Notes: a model not told the origin generated them from the letters alone. A stretch of 63,690 nt of DNA, filler included, from Pelomyxa schiedti (GCA_020536535.1; 11 parts of 11 records of this genome joined end to end with filler, not necessarily neighbours in it); one strand, 5' to 3'; numbered from the whole stretch's first letter, positions 1 through 11,773 are shown. Made by a program: numbers and translations.

Positions 1-1136
1 ACAACCTGCTGGCTGCCACCCCTTGTGTCAGCCCCCACGCCGCGTGCTGGCTGTCAAACGATTTGTTGGCTGGAAGACAACACCCCAGCTGGCTGTATAC
101 TGTTTTAGGGGAAGTCTAATTAATTGTGTGGAGGTCGAAGAGGCGTGTGGAGAATTCTCTTTTATTATGTTCGGTATGTGGACCCACAATTTAGTAATCA
201 TCACCTCAGCACATTACCGTTGGAATCAAACAACAGCTCCAGAAATCCAGTGCCCCAAAAAATCCTGAATCTTTGGTCTGTGCAGATGTTGGAAAATCGT
301 CAATAGGTTTGAGTGCATACGGTCTTTGAGCAGTGTGTGGGATTCTCCGCATGTTATTCTTGTGAAGTGGGTTGTGGAAAGAGTTGTGGAAACATGAGGG
401 GTGTTAAATATGGTCCTTGGAGGTTTTCCGGTCAGCTGCGTTTGTGAGTTATCTCCCAAGATAAGAACATCCCCGGAATCTATGGAACTGCATGGTAGGT
501 ATGTTGGAGTGGCAATACCTAAAATCGCGAACGAGTGGTTTGCACCGCATTCAATTGCACTTGTTGGCCGGCCCCATATTATTGAAGAAACGACGGCACA
601 GAGTTTTGTTTTGTTGGAGCAATCGCCAACCCCAATCTGGCCAAGGTTATTTGCTCCCCATGCGTACACATCACCAGATTCTATGACATGTAAGAGGCAA
701 ATCATTAAGTTTGTAAAAGGATACCAATAACCACAACAGAGTGATTGACGCCACAACTCATTGAGAGAATTGAAATTCCAAAAAGGCCTTCAACAACAGT
801 TAGAAGGTTTCTGGTTTTCCAATCTCCAAGCCCAAGTTGCCCGGAGCTATTGTTCCCACAACTCAGGAGTGTATTCGAACCTGTTTGTCATCAGGCACCA
901 CAGTGGAAAAGAATATAAAAACTCAACACAAGTCAGAGTCAGCCAACAGTTAAAAAGCCGAATTTAAATACATACATACTACAGCCACCGAGCGGAAGGC
1001 ACCGCAACTTATGGGCTTGATCTTCTTGCTGAATTCCACTTTCATGAGGATCGGACTTGACCGGGAAACATAATCACCCAGTCCAAGTTGCCCAAGTTCA
1101 TTTTCTCCCCAACAGAAGATATCGGAGTCCTTTCCT
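1..1136 (-). CDS. RCC1-repeat protein, multi-exon, partial (5' part lost in gap)
   Basis: Exons encode RCC1 repeats: DIFCWGENELGQLGLGD...ISCGAFHSVAV; LLSCGNNSSGQLGLGD...MSCGVNHSVVV; VYAWGANNLGQIGVGD...IECGANHSFAI; ILGDNSQTQL...ITCGESHTLL. They are separated by GT-AG introns. Confidence 0.9.
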
Positions 1137-1236
1137 NNNNNNNNNNNNNNNNNNNNNNNNNNNNNNNNNNNNNNNNNNNNNNNNNNNNNNNNNNNNNNNN
1201 NNNNNNNNNNNNNNNNNNNNNNNNNNNNNNNNNNNN
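1137..1236. other. Scaffold gap (100 N)
   Basis: Run of 100 N without linker. Confidence 0.99.
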
Positions 1237-2822
1237 CTCCAGTTTGTCAAGAATGAGTCGAATCTCAGACAGCCGGCTGAAAATGTTCACCTTGGAAATG
1301 TCCCCTCCGAGATGCCACCGCTTTTTTTGCTTCCTTTCACTTTCGTCCTGGTTTTTGCCTTCCTCTGGTTGGGTTCCCTCCCCAAGGCTGACTTCGCTGA
1401 TTCTCTTGATCCGGTTGATGACTTGCAGTTGCCCTCCAAGTGTGAACACGGAGAGAATTCCAGCAAGACTTACAGCAATGCAGAGACTGACGATTATAAA
1501 TTTCTGCAAATTGCTTTTGACTTCTCTGTATGTTTTCTGGAAATAAGACGAATCTATGGAAAAAGGAGAGAGATATCAGAACAATATGTTTGTGCAACAA
1601 CAAATCTGTGCATACCAGCAATCACAGTTGTGATTGCAGTGAAACCAGATTCCGTCTGAATTGTCAGATATGCCACTGAATAGTTGTGCTGATCAAAAGT
1701 TACAACGCCTGTGCTGTTCTTAGCCAGTGCCTCAGAAAGAAATCGAGTGGAATCTCGGATCTCCCAAAGACTGGAATTCGATGTCAACTGAGGAGTGAGG
1801 TCCGCATAGGAGATGTTCTCACATGAACTGCTTATTATCCAACTGTTCTGATTCTGAATGAATGTGCACAAGATTCCAGGTTGGTCTTCTTGCCCAAAAA
1901 TGGAAAGAAAATTTACTGCACTGATACCTGCTGAAAAAAGGGCGGTGATGTTTGAAGATCCAGGCAAAAGTATTGGAGCATTCAAAGATGCAGTTAGGTC
2001 CGGAACTGTGTCAGGGATCTCAATGGGACTCCACAGCAGACACCCGGGAGTCAGAGAGTTCCACTGTTCATCTGAGAGAGTGGCATGTGGAAGAAGCATT
2101 CCAGGCGGAACAGGAAACGCTCCAGGCCAGTAAACATCATACCATTCTACAACGTAGGGTACGAACCAAGCAGTGGCATTTTCATCGAACCTGTTGACAA
2201 ATGAGAACATAGAAAATAAATAAATAAAAACCCCAAACACAAAAAGAAGATTTGTATACCCAAACTGGATGAGCTGGAATGGCCATCCAAACGTATCTTC
2301 AACAGATACTATCATAGACCCATCTGGAGCAGAAATTCCGACAACCTGAAAGAACCCTCCATACGAATTGAGCAGCGTGTAAAGCGGTGCCACTTCGTCC
2401 AAAGCGACGTCGATCGGCACGTAGTCGGTGACGATATCGTGCCTTTCTGCGATCATGGCGTTGATGTAAGCGACGATGCTCCGCATCTGGGTCTCCACGT
2501 TCTCGATGTTGGCCTTCATCGGCGACTCGGTGTTGATGCACGTCATTTCGATGGCGTCGTTCATGGCTTCCTTCTGGAGGTGAGTGAGACCCCGCGCCGA
2601 TATCACCCATATCGTCAGCGCCGGCGAAATCGCGGCGTACGCGGAAACCAACAGAGCGATGAAGGAGATGGACAGAAGCACCCGCAGAACCAGCGGCCTC
2701 TTTGTTTGTTTGTCGTGGCCGTTGCCGAAGAGGTCGTGGCCCGCCGACGAACCGAGGTCTCCTCCCTCGACATACAACGACGCTGTTGACACAAACGAAC
2801 CTTCACTCCTTGGCAACGACAT
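1237..2822 (-). CDS. Two-TM membrane sensor-like protein (extracellular Cache-like region, HAMP-like juxtamembrane segment), 3' truncated by gap
   Basis: ORF 1554..2822 has an N-terminal TM (VLLSISFIALLVSAYAAISPALTIWVI) and a ~330-aa extracellular region. The next exon has a second TM (FIIVSLCIAVSLAGILSVFTL) followed by amphipathic LQVINRIKRISEV. The output domain is not visible. Confidence 0.6.
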
Positions 2823-3221
2823 ATTGTGGGAACCAACAACCCCTCGTTGGAATTTGTTTTTTTTTGTTTGTGCTTAGTGTAAGGTTCCGTAGGTATGGGG
2901 GTTCCCTGAATGAAGCTTGGTCAATGCACGTCTCTGAGAAGGGACCGTTGCCCACAAAGGCAACAGGACAAAAGATGATCAAACACAAAAATACGGCGTC
3001 GGTGAAGATCCGTTTGCTTCAAAGAACCGAGACAGTCCACATCGTTTTTGTGAAGATGAATGATGTGGTTAAACACGTTTAGTTAAACCAGGTGGTGGTG
3101 TTTGGTTAGTACGAATGTGAACTCAACACGATTTTTGAAACATTGTTAGCATCGTTACTGTCATCACAGTGAAAAAAAAGCGAGTTTGTGTTTTTAGATT
3201 CAGCATGAGGGTGATGGTGTG

Positions 3222-4502
3222 TCACCAGATGTGAGAGGTGCGAGGAACAAAGGCGCCAAAGGAGCAACCAGGGAGGAGGAACTCAACAGTGGCAACACTC
3301 TTCATGTCTGACGATGCCTCGATCACGTGTATTTTCTTCTTGTCAGCACTCAATTTGAGAAAGAACCCAAGTCCAACCATGAATAACTGAATCTTGGGCA
3401 CTTGGATGCAGGAAATTGCGTTTTGGAGGTTGTTGCAATCCCAGATGAGAACTTGGGTATTGTGTAACACACAGAACAGGGACACACTCAGTTGAGACAG
3501 CCCTCTGGCTCTTGTGTCTGCCACTGAGGTAACAATTGCGTCTTGGGCTCCATTTGGTTGCACAACATTGATTGCGTACCCAGAGCGATAGTTCGAAAAC
3601 GATGCAATGAACATGGCCTTGCCATTACTCTTTTTCATTGGAAGCACCTCATAGATCCAGTGAGAAGGCCAACTGCACATCCATTTGGTGATTCGCTTCG
3701 TTGTGAGGATTCTTGATGAACAGCATGCAGCAACATCTATGGTCCATAATGTTAACTCAGACCTTCCATTCCCAGGTTCTCCTTCACTGGCGGGGCTTTC
3801 AACTAGCAGCAAGGCTTCATTCTCAGCAAACTTGTTGAAGCTCACGAAGCAAACCACAGGAGAGAACTGAAAGGCATCAGAAATCACAGGGCCACCGTGT
3901 GCCGGGAGCCTCCCCAAAACAATTCTTCTCTCCCTACTGTCTGTCACATAGCAACAAGCCACAAACCACTTGCTATTCACACAGGAGTGTGTCACAAATC
4001 CCCCCTTCATTTCCACAACCAAAGATGTGTCAATTCCCCTCAACTCATCACAAAAGTGCAGACTCCCATTCACCCACTTCACTCCACGCGAAACATCCAG
4101 CCTCCTGTGATATTCCGTAGCCTCCATCACAACCAACTCGTGCGTGATTCCCATAAGCAGCATCGAGATCCCAATCGAGAAACAGCAAGACTGCTTGATC
4201 GGGGGCCCTGATCGGCTCCTTGACACTTTGCTCTCAATTGCAAACATCCTCACACAGCCCATCACCCAGTCGTCCCATAATCGCCTCACCGCCTGCCCAG
4301 TAAGCCTCACTGCGCCCTTCCTCCCAGATCTCACGCCGCAGCAACGAGGGTGCGTGGCCAGCAGCAGCGCGGCAACTTGGTCGCGTGCGCGTATCCCTGC
4401 CAAGTTGGGTGTGCCCTGCCACGGCATCGCCTCCTGTGATTGCCTTGATCTCAGCGATTTCCTTGATGTCTTTGGTGGTGGTCCCCACACAAGCTCACCC
4501 AT
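3222..4502 (-). CDS. Orphan expanded-family protein (ARDQ...HPRCCG N-terminal motif), copy 1
   Basis: Intronless ORF. Likely start MGELVWGPPP at 4502. Clear paralog of 6409..7692, with a near-identical 5' end and similar C-terminus. Confidence 0.85.
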   Translation of the reverse strand: MGELVWGPPPKTSRKSLRSRQSQEAMPWQGTPNLAGIRARDQVAALLLATHPRCCGVRSGRKGAVRLTGQAVRRLWDDWVMGCVRMFAIESKVSRSRSGPPIKQSCCFSIGISMLLMGITHELVVMEATEYHRRLDVSRGVKWVNGSLHFCDELRGIDTSLVVEMKGGFVTHSCVNSKWFVACCYVTDSRERRIVLGRLPAHGGPVISDAFQFSPVVCFVSFNKFAENEALLLVESPASEGEPGNGRSELTLWTIDVAACCSSRILTTKRITKWMCSWPSHWIYEVLPMKKSNGKAMFIASFSNYRSGYAINVVQPNGAQDAIVTSVADTRARGLSQLSVSLFCVLHNTQVLIWDCNNLQNAISCIQVPKIQLFMVGLGFFLKLSADKKKIHVIEASSDMKSVATVEFLLPGCSFGAFVPRTSHIW

Positions 4503-4971
4503 TGTAGCGTATGCACAAGCAAAGCAGGGTTTTGGTATCCAAGCAGTTTTTTTTTGTGTGTGCTCACCTCGTTTTTTTGAAGGCACTCTCTCATTTGGCG
4601 CAAACACCTTTGACCCACAAACAAGTTTCCTGTTGTGAAAGGTGCTATTTAATGGATTGGAAATGCGCGAAGTGGTGGGGTGTCACCAGATGCGAGGGAC
4701 AAACGAGTCGAAATCAACGGATCGGAAACGAAATTCAATCAAATTCCAGTAACACTGCGCTGAGTGTTACGGTGGGGTCACGCCAATTGGGGAATGCTAT
4801 CTGCAACAGAGAATGGAATATGACCGGTGGGAGTGTCCCAATGTTGCCTGTTTGTTTGTCATTGGTTGAGTGGAGGTTCACACAACATACACACCAGTGA
4901 AATGAGTTTGCGTTTGTCATCGAAGGCTAAGGTTGGGAGTGAATGGGTTGGGGTTAGGGTGAAGAGAATGT

Positions 4972-6271
4972 TTAGGTGCTATAAAACCGGCTTGTGTGAG
5001 AAAGATTATTACCACACACGGGCCGGGGAGTGAGGTCATCACCCAGACCAAGTTGTCCAAAGTTATTGGACCCCCAGCTCAGAACACTCCAATCCGCTGC
5101 CAAGTCAGAGTCAGCCAACAGTTAAAAAGCCGAATTTAAATACATACATGCTACAGCCACCGAGTGGAAGGCACCGCAACTTATGGACTTGATCTTCTTG
5201 CTGAATTCCACTTTCATGAGGATCGGACTTGACCGGGAAACATAATCACCCAGTCCAAGTTGCCCAAGTTCATTTTCTCCCCAACAGAAGATATCGGAGT
5301 CCTTTCCTGCTGATTTGTGTAAAAAAAAATGGGGGAAAAAGTCATACACCAGAAGTGATGCTTGGCCGCAGGACCACCAGATGTTAAGGAAGGTTTTAAT
5401 GTTACATGCACCGGAGAACATTGTAGAGGTACCCATGGGCCGTGGTCGATTAAAAACCTCCCTGAGACAGCTATCCACAGACTTCTTTCGGCAGATGTGT
5501 GCTTTGTCTTGTGGGACAATATGAGACAAACTGCGGGAATCGAGGCGTCAATGTGGGCTTTTAGTATGCGCTCGGGAAATGTTTTAACTTTCCACTATAT
5601 TTCTCCACAAACCCCTGGGTGTCACCTGCAAAGAGCTCTCAGGGCATCCTCTTTTCGACACCGTACAGTGAGTTGGTGCGCAGAGAGTGATTGTAGTGGG
5701 TTACCTCTATTGGGATTCTAAATTCTGGTGTAGATTTCAGCAAGGACTCTTCAAGCACCTCCATAGATTCATGGAAGCCAATCCTACACTTGGCCAAGTG
5801 TGGCCGCGGAATGATTTCCACGGTTCCGGCGGAAGGTATCAGTGTAGACCCACGGGCCGGCGACGTTATTGACCTGGTAAACACCCGGTCAGTACTGTGC
5901 CGAGGCCTTTTTGGATCGCTACGCGGTATGGTATGCACATGCCAATCAGAAGCAGGGAAAACACCCCACCATCACCACCAACATCGACCTGGCGCTGTTG
6001 GTACCCCTGTTGGTGTTGTTGTTGTCGTTGTTGTTGTGGCTGTGGTTGCGGTGGGTATGGCGATGTCGCCGTGGCGACTGGTGGTGGTGGTGGTCGTGGT
6101 CGACGTTGTGGGGCGGGGGTGGGTCACCGGGCTCGTGGTCGTCGTCGTCGTCGCCGGCGGTGGTGGTGCCTCGTGGGCGTGGCCTCTTGACACCAGCGGT
6201 GGTTGTGGATTGCTGTTGTGGTTGTTGCTGTCGTTGCTGGAGCTGCGTGTTGTGGTGCTGGTGGCCCCCAC
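4972..6271 (-). CDS. Second, apparently truncated RCC1-repeat gene with low-complexity N-terminus
   Basis: The RCC1 exon at 5101-5308 is near-identical to 929-1136. It is followed by the exon DWSVLSWGSNNFGQLGLGDD and then a stop at 4972-4974. Upstream exons and a poly-T/Q region extend to ~6271 (start uncertain). Confidence 0.55.
5101..5308. repeat. 208-bp direct duplicate of 929-1136
   Basis: Direct comparison shows 3 substitutions in 208 bp. Confidence 0.95.
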
Positions 6272-6408
6272 TTCCTCCTGTTGTTTCGTGCTGGTGTATG
6301 TTGTGCCGGTATAGGGTGGCTCTTGGTTGTTCCCATTCCGAGAAGAATACGTTTGACGAAGAGTTTGTAATCAAGAAATGTTGATGTTAACGAAAGAAAG
6401 AGGCGGTG

Positions 6409-7692
6409 TCACCAGACGCGAGAGGAGCGAGGAACAAAAGCAGCAAAGGAGCAACCAGGGAGGAGGAACTCAACAGTGGCAACACTCTTCATGTCTGACG
6501 ATGCATCAATCACGTGCAGTTTCTTCTTGTCGTCACTCACTTTCAGAAAGAACCCAAGGCCAATCATGAAGAAATCCATATGGGGAACTTGGATGCAGGA
6601 AATTGCGTTGTGGAGGTTGTTGCAATCCCAGACCAGAACTTGGGTCTTTTGTATCACACAGAACAAGGACTCACTCAGTTGAGACAATCCTCGGGCTCCT
6701 CTGTTTGGAATTGAGGTCTCAATTGTTTCTTGGGCACCACTTGGCTCCACTGCATAGATGGGACACTGACGGGGACGGGGAGAAAACGAAGCAATGAAAA
6801 TGGCTTGGCCGTTGCTTTTTCTCATTGGCAGAAGACATCTGATCCTTGAACCGGGGGAACTGGACATCCACTTGATTGAGGTCATCTTGAGGGTTTTTGT
6901 TGCCCAGGATGCAGCCAAATCAATGATCCAAAGTGTGAGCTCGTATTTGAAAATGTCAGTCAACGCTTCACCAGCAGGGTCGTAGAGCAGCTGAAAGGCT
7001 TCATTCTCAACAAACTTATTGAGGCCGACAAAGCCACAGACCATTTCATGAGGGAACGGGAAGACATGGTCAGCAACAGCGGCACCCCGTTGTGTCGGCA
7101 GACTCCCCAAGATGATTCTGCTTTCCCGTGTGCGTTTACCACTGCAACAAGCCACGAACCACTTGCTGTTGACGCAACACCAGTTGTCTCCAGAGAGGTA
7201 CATTGAGTCATCAAGTTTCTCAGCATACACCAGCGTGTCAATTCCCATAAGTTCATCCCTCAAGCGCAGCTCACGGCGCGACACCCATTTTACTCCCCGA
7301 GCAACCCCCAAGTTCCAGCGAAACTGTGCCTCCATCACAACCAACTCATGAGTGATTCCCATAAGCAGCATCGAGATGCCGATTCCCCAAACACAAGTCC
7401 TCTTGATTGGCTGCCCTGTTCGGCTCCTTGACACTTTGCTCTCAATTGCAAACATCCTCACACAGCCCATCACCCAGTCGTCCCATAATCGCCTCACCGC
7501 TTGCCAAGTAAGCCTCACTGCGCCCTTCCTCCCAGATCTCACTCCGCAGCAACGAGGGTGCGTGGCCAGCAGCAGCGCGGCAACTTGGTCGCGTGCGCGT
7601 ATCCCTGCCAAGTTGGGTGTGCCCTGCCACGGCATCGCCTCTTGTGATTTCCTTGATCTCTTTGGTGGTGGTCCCCACACAAGCTCACTCAT
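6409..7692 (-). CDS. Orphan expanded-family protein (ARDQ...HPRCCG motif), copy 2
   Basis: Intronless ORF starting MSELVWGPPP; paralog of 3222..4502. Confidence 0.85.
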   Translation of the reverse strand: MSELVWGPPPKRSRKSQEAMPWQGTPNLAGIRARDQVAALLLATHPRCCGVRSGRKGAVRLTWQAVRRLWDDWVMGCVRMFAIESKVSRSRTGQPIKRTCVWGIGISMLLMGITHELVVMEAQFRWNLGVARGVKWVSRRELRLRDELMGIDTLVYAEKLDDSMYLSGDNWCCVNSKWFVACCSGKRTRESRIILGSLPTQRGAAVADHVFPFPHEMVCGFVGLNKFVENEAFQLLYDPAGEALTDIFKYELTLWIIDLAASWATKTLKMTSIKWMSSSPGSRIRCLLPMRKSNGQAIFIASFSPRPRQCPIYAVEPSGAQETIETSIPNRGARGLSQLSESLFCVIQKTQVLVWDCNNLHNAISCIQVPHMDFFMIGLGFFLKVSDDKKKLHVIDASSDMKSVATVEFLLPGCSFAAFVPRSSRVW

Positions 7693-9025
7693 GTCCGCGG
7701 TAAGGTGCCGGTGTGTGTCGGTGTGATTGTGGCGCGTGTGTTGGGTTTTTTCCAAGATAAAGAGTCAGCTAAATCATGTCGTTGGTCTCGGTTTTGGGAA
7801 TTGCGCGTTGTTGCAGTCAGAATCAAGTTGGGCGTCCGTGACGGGCCAAATATGTGGTTCCGAGAATAGCTTATCTGGTTGTCCAACACTGAACCTTGGG
7901 TCGACGCATCCTCAGAGTGAGGTACAGTGAGGACTACCAAGTTTCGAGGGAGCTTCCCAGTGGATTTTTTCGGGTTCAAAAAATGGAAGAGAAGAGCAGA
8001 TCAACAAGATCTCCAAGACACAACGACGGCGTAAGAAGGACGGGGCTGATAGTCAGAGCCCAGCAGAAGCAAAGACTTTCGTCAATGCTTGATAGTGGTT
8101 CGAGGTCGATTGTACAATGGCAGGAGGACATGGTGCCAGCAGCGGGGGTGTTGCGTTCGAGCGGCATCAGCCAGCCACAGCAGCCGCCGAGGCTGGGAGG
8201 ACTGCACTGGCGGGGAGGGGCGCGGCACGCCCGCCACGCCGACAGGGGGGCGCGGCGCCCACACACCTGATTAGCCGCGGCTCGGAGCGGGGACGCCCGC
8301 GTGGTCCCGCCGCCCGTCCGCCCTCTCAGCTCCCCTCCTCGCCCCCGTCGTCTTCGGACGCGCGGACGGAGAGGCGCGGGGCGTTGGGGGCGCCAGGGCA
8401 GGCGCCCGCTTGTGCTCGGTGCGGCGCCGCGCGTGCCCTCCCTCTCCTTCCGTTCGTTCCCAAGTCGCCAGTTTCCGGCATAAACCTTCCACCCCCCACA
8501 GATCCCAACACCCTCCTCTTTTCTGCCCTCCGCCCTCCCGTTGGCCCACCAGCTGCAGTCAAGGTGTGGTTCAAGCGTCCTCGCCGTCAGCCTGTCTCCG
8601 CGAGGGCCAGCCCCGTCCTGAGGGGGAAGTTCGGGCCGCCTCAGAGCGGGCTCGGCTCCAAGCCACGGTCACCGCCGCCGGCAGCTTGGGCGGGAGCCCC
8701 CAAGTCTCGTTGTTTGGTTTGTCTGTTTGATGTTGTTGGAGTCACATTCACCCCTCTGCCTACTTGTGGGAAGTTGGGGTAGTTGGGACAAGAACAGCAT
8801 ACCAACAAAACAAAAAGCAACTTGCTTGGGGCCCCTTCTTGGGTTTGTTGGTTTTGGTGGCTGGTTGGGGGTTTTGCCTGTTCGTTGGGACCCTCTGCCC
8901 TCTCAGCCGATCTCTTGGCCCTTGTTTTTTCAAATATAAAAAGAAAAAAAACAAAAACAAGATTAGGATTTTATCTGTATCGTCATGTATAGCCTTAGAG
9001 TGATTGGACTTCAGTGCAATTGTGT

Positions 9026-9154
9026 TGGGGGATGGGATTCTGATGACTCCTGAGAGCCTGAGTTGGTGTCTGGGTGCTGTTTCCCTGTGTATTATTATTA
9101 TATTACCCAGACACCAACTCAGGCTCTCAGGAGTCATCAGAATCCCATCCCCCA
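9026..9154. repeat. Perfect 50-bp inverted repeat (hairpin) with 29-nt loop
   Basis: 9026-9075 (TGGGGGATGGGATTCTGATGACTCCTGAGAGCCTGAGTTGGTGTCTGGGT) is the exact reverse complement of 9105-9154. Confidence 0.97.
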
Positions 9155-9286
9155 GTGGCTCCACAAATGCCACTGGTAAGCCACTGATTCTGTAAGACCC
9201 AACACCCAAAAACAAGTGATTGTCGGACCATCGCAGAAACGCACTCTAGTGTTTGTACCACAACCACCGGTTTGATTTGAAGCCTC

Positions 9287-11700
9287 ATGGCAGACATTCA
9301 ATTCTTTGTTGGGAGTGATATTTACCTGAGCGCGCGAGCACAGGTTCTGGCGTTGGTCGTTTCTTCGCACCCTCGATGCGGCGCGGAGAGCCCGTTGCGC
9401 GGTCTGGTGACCCCTGCAATGTCCTCGCAGTTATGGGACGCATGTTGCACCGCGCCTGGTGCCAAGACACACTTTTGCCTTATGGTCACAGGAATCCTGG
9501 TGCTTGCGGACAATGACGCCCAGGACGCACTGATGAGACTGAGTGTTTCCACGCTGACTGGGGGAATCACCAGGGCACCGAGCGTGTCCCACCTGTGGGG
9601 CGTGGAAGAGTACCAGATGCCTAGGAGGATATGCAAGTACGGGCTGGTGGACTCCAACAGCTTCATCACTGGGAGGGAGATTGTGGGAAGCTCCTCCGGC
9701 GCCTTTGAGGACGATTCCCTGTACAGATTTGTTGTCGTGGATCGAGCGGGGAATGAGAAGCGGTGGCTGACGAATGGCACTGATGATGACTCTTTTGTGA
9801 GTGCAGGCAATAAATGGTGGGTGCATATCAGTTTCACGAGCTTCGTTATGACTGTGGCTGGTTTACAGGGGCTGCCAGCTGCTGAACCACCGGCCGAGGT
9901 GAGCGTGAAACTCCCGAAAGAGGTGATTGTGGGAAGTGGGGGAAATCTTGCTGACTGGCTATACGCCAAGTTTTTCTTCAGCGGGACAGATTCAGATGAA
10001 GGGACCGCGATGTACCTGCACTGTGACTTCAAACTCAATCCAACTTGGGTTCCACTTTACCCCCAGAGTGAGGGTCTCAAAGTGGGAAAAAACAATAACA
10101 CTTTGGAGAAGGTGGAGGGTTCTTCATTTTTCACCCAGTGTGGAGGAACCATACAGGGTTCTTTATGGGCACTTGGTGTGTACTATCGGAGGTTCCGTTT
10201 GGGACCATTGTGTGGTGCAACCTGAGCCCACTTCGGGTCTCTCAATTGGTGGCATTTTTGCACCCACTTTGCACAACAAGGAGCTATTAGAACAATTTGT
10301 ATTTTCACAGTTTTTGGGTACTTAATGACAAGAACTGTTGCAGTGTGGTTGTGTGTGGTTGGGAAGGAGGATGTGGGTGTGCTTGAGCATCCAGCACAGC
10401 TGATGACTGGGAGACAGAAGACTCTGACACGGGCTCACTAGCTCCTGTAGAAGATGTGCGTCTTTTCTATCAACGAATCAGAGAGAGTACAGAAGTTATG
10501 TATGACCTTCAACTGGCGGCGTTTCTCATTCCATCGGGTAATTTTATACCTTATGTGACGGGCCAGGTCATCCTATGTTTACTGTTAGCATGGAAATCAG
10601 AGTTGAACAAGAACTTACCTCGGCCATTCTGTTATCCCTTAAATAGTGCCTCACTGCCTCATCTGTGCACTCATTTATTATGGAGTGTATTTCTTGGGTA
10701 CGATCAGGTAGAGGTATCAATGCATCTCCGGCTAATGATCCAGTTAAATGCGCCTTAGAAATGGTAAATGAAGTGAAGGTGCCCAATGGATGTACCTTTA
10801 AACTCTGGTCCCAGGATCGTAGTTGTCTCAGGTGTGGTGTACAATGTATTGCTTGTATAATTGCTGTTGTTTCAAAATGGTTATTCAAATTCCAAGGAAA
10901 ACAACCATACGANNNNNNNNNNNNNNNNNNNNNNNNNNNNNNNNNNNNNNNNNNNNNNNNNNNNNNNNNNNNNNNNNNNNNNNNNNNNNNNNNNNNNNNN
11001 NNNNNNNNNNNNGCTGCCAGCTGCTGAACCACCGGCCGAGGTGAGCGTGAAACTCCCGAAAGAGGTGATTGTGGGAAGTGGGGGAAATCTTGCTGACTGG
11101 CTATACGCCAAGTTTTTCTTCAGCGGGACAGATCCAGATGAAGGGACCGCGATGTACCTGCATCGGATGAATTCTCTCAGATCTCTGTTGTTTGTAGTGG
11201 TTGATATCGGAAGCACTCACAGGACAAAATCACTTGTGGTGACGCACTCATCTGTTGCGAATCTTCCAGTCTCTGGCTGGGTGTCGCGTTTGTTGGCCTT
11301 CAGGTGCCCTCACACAAATCATCGCACTTTCATTGGCGAGATTCGGTCCACTGGCCTCATTGTATCAGCGTTTGCGCTTGTCAATGGGAATGTGATCAAC
11401 CTTGGTGAGGAACCCTACGAAGGGCTGTCTCAGCTGAACGAATCACAGTTTTGTCTGCAAAGGAGAAATTGCTACGAAATCTGGGACTGCAATGACCTCA
11501 GCCATCCAGTGAAGTCACTTCCTCACGTATTCAGCGAGCTTGCACTGATGAGCCCAATGATTCAAGCTTTATCTGGCATGATTTTTCACGGCAGGGAGAG
11601 CGCCCAAGTCATTGCTGTGACTGACCAATGTGGTGTCAATCTGGTAATGCTACACTTTTCCAGAAGGACCCACGGATTTCATGTTTTCAACTCGGTTTGA
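9287..11700 (+). CDS. Orphan expanded-family protein (ARAQVLALVVSSHPRCG), assembled as an insertion-disrupted version plus an intact continuation
   Basis: ORF 9287.. is interrupted at 10019 by a repeat. After the gap, 11013-11162 repeats 9871-10020 (1 SNP) and reads on uninterrupted to a stop at 11700. Confidence 0.8.
10019..10912 (+). mobile_element. Inserted repeat element beginning CACTG (possible CACTA/CMC-type DNA transposon end)
   Basis: 10019-10274 matches 23350-23605 on another scaffold (3 mismatches in 256 bp) with the same start point. It interrupts a coding sequence and has CCACTT/AAGTGG subterminal motifs in both orientations. Confidence 0.7.
10913..11012. other. Scaffold gap (100 N)
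   Basis: Run of 100 N without linker. Confidence 0.99.
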
Positions 11701-11773
11701 GGTGGAACAAACCAAGAGAAAGAAAAGAAACAACTTCTTATAGTGTGCATTAACTAATTAGTTTTCTGGCAGC

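Noticed and set aside
5790-6384. Poly-Val/poly-Cys plus-strand ORFs (also 39928-40313, 12537-12962, 48972-49562)
   Set aside because: They are antisense shadows of low-complexity Thr/Gln/Asn/Pro codon runs on the coding strand.
8270-8710. GC-rich island with GGGGAAGTTCGG resembling RNase P/MRP CR-I
   Set aside because: No matching CR-V/P4 partner was found downstream. It cannot be supported without an Infernal search, and the overlapping ORFs look like GC-driven noise.
9322-10038. 238-aa minus-strand ORF and similar long antisense ORFs (22667-23293, 51911-52456)
   Set aside because: They fully overlap better-supported genes on the opposite strand and have no motifs of their own.
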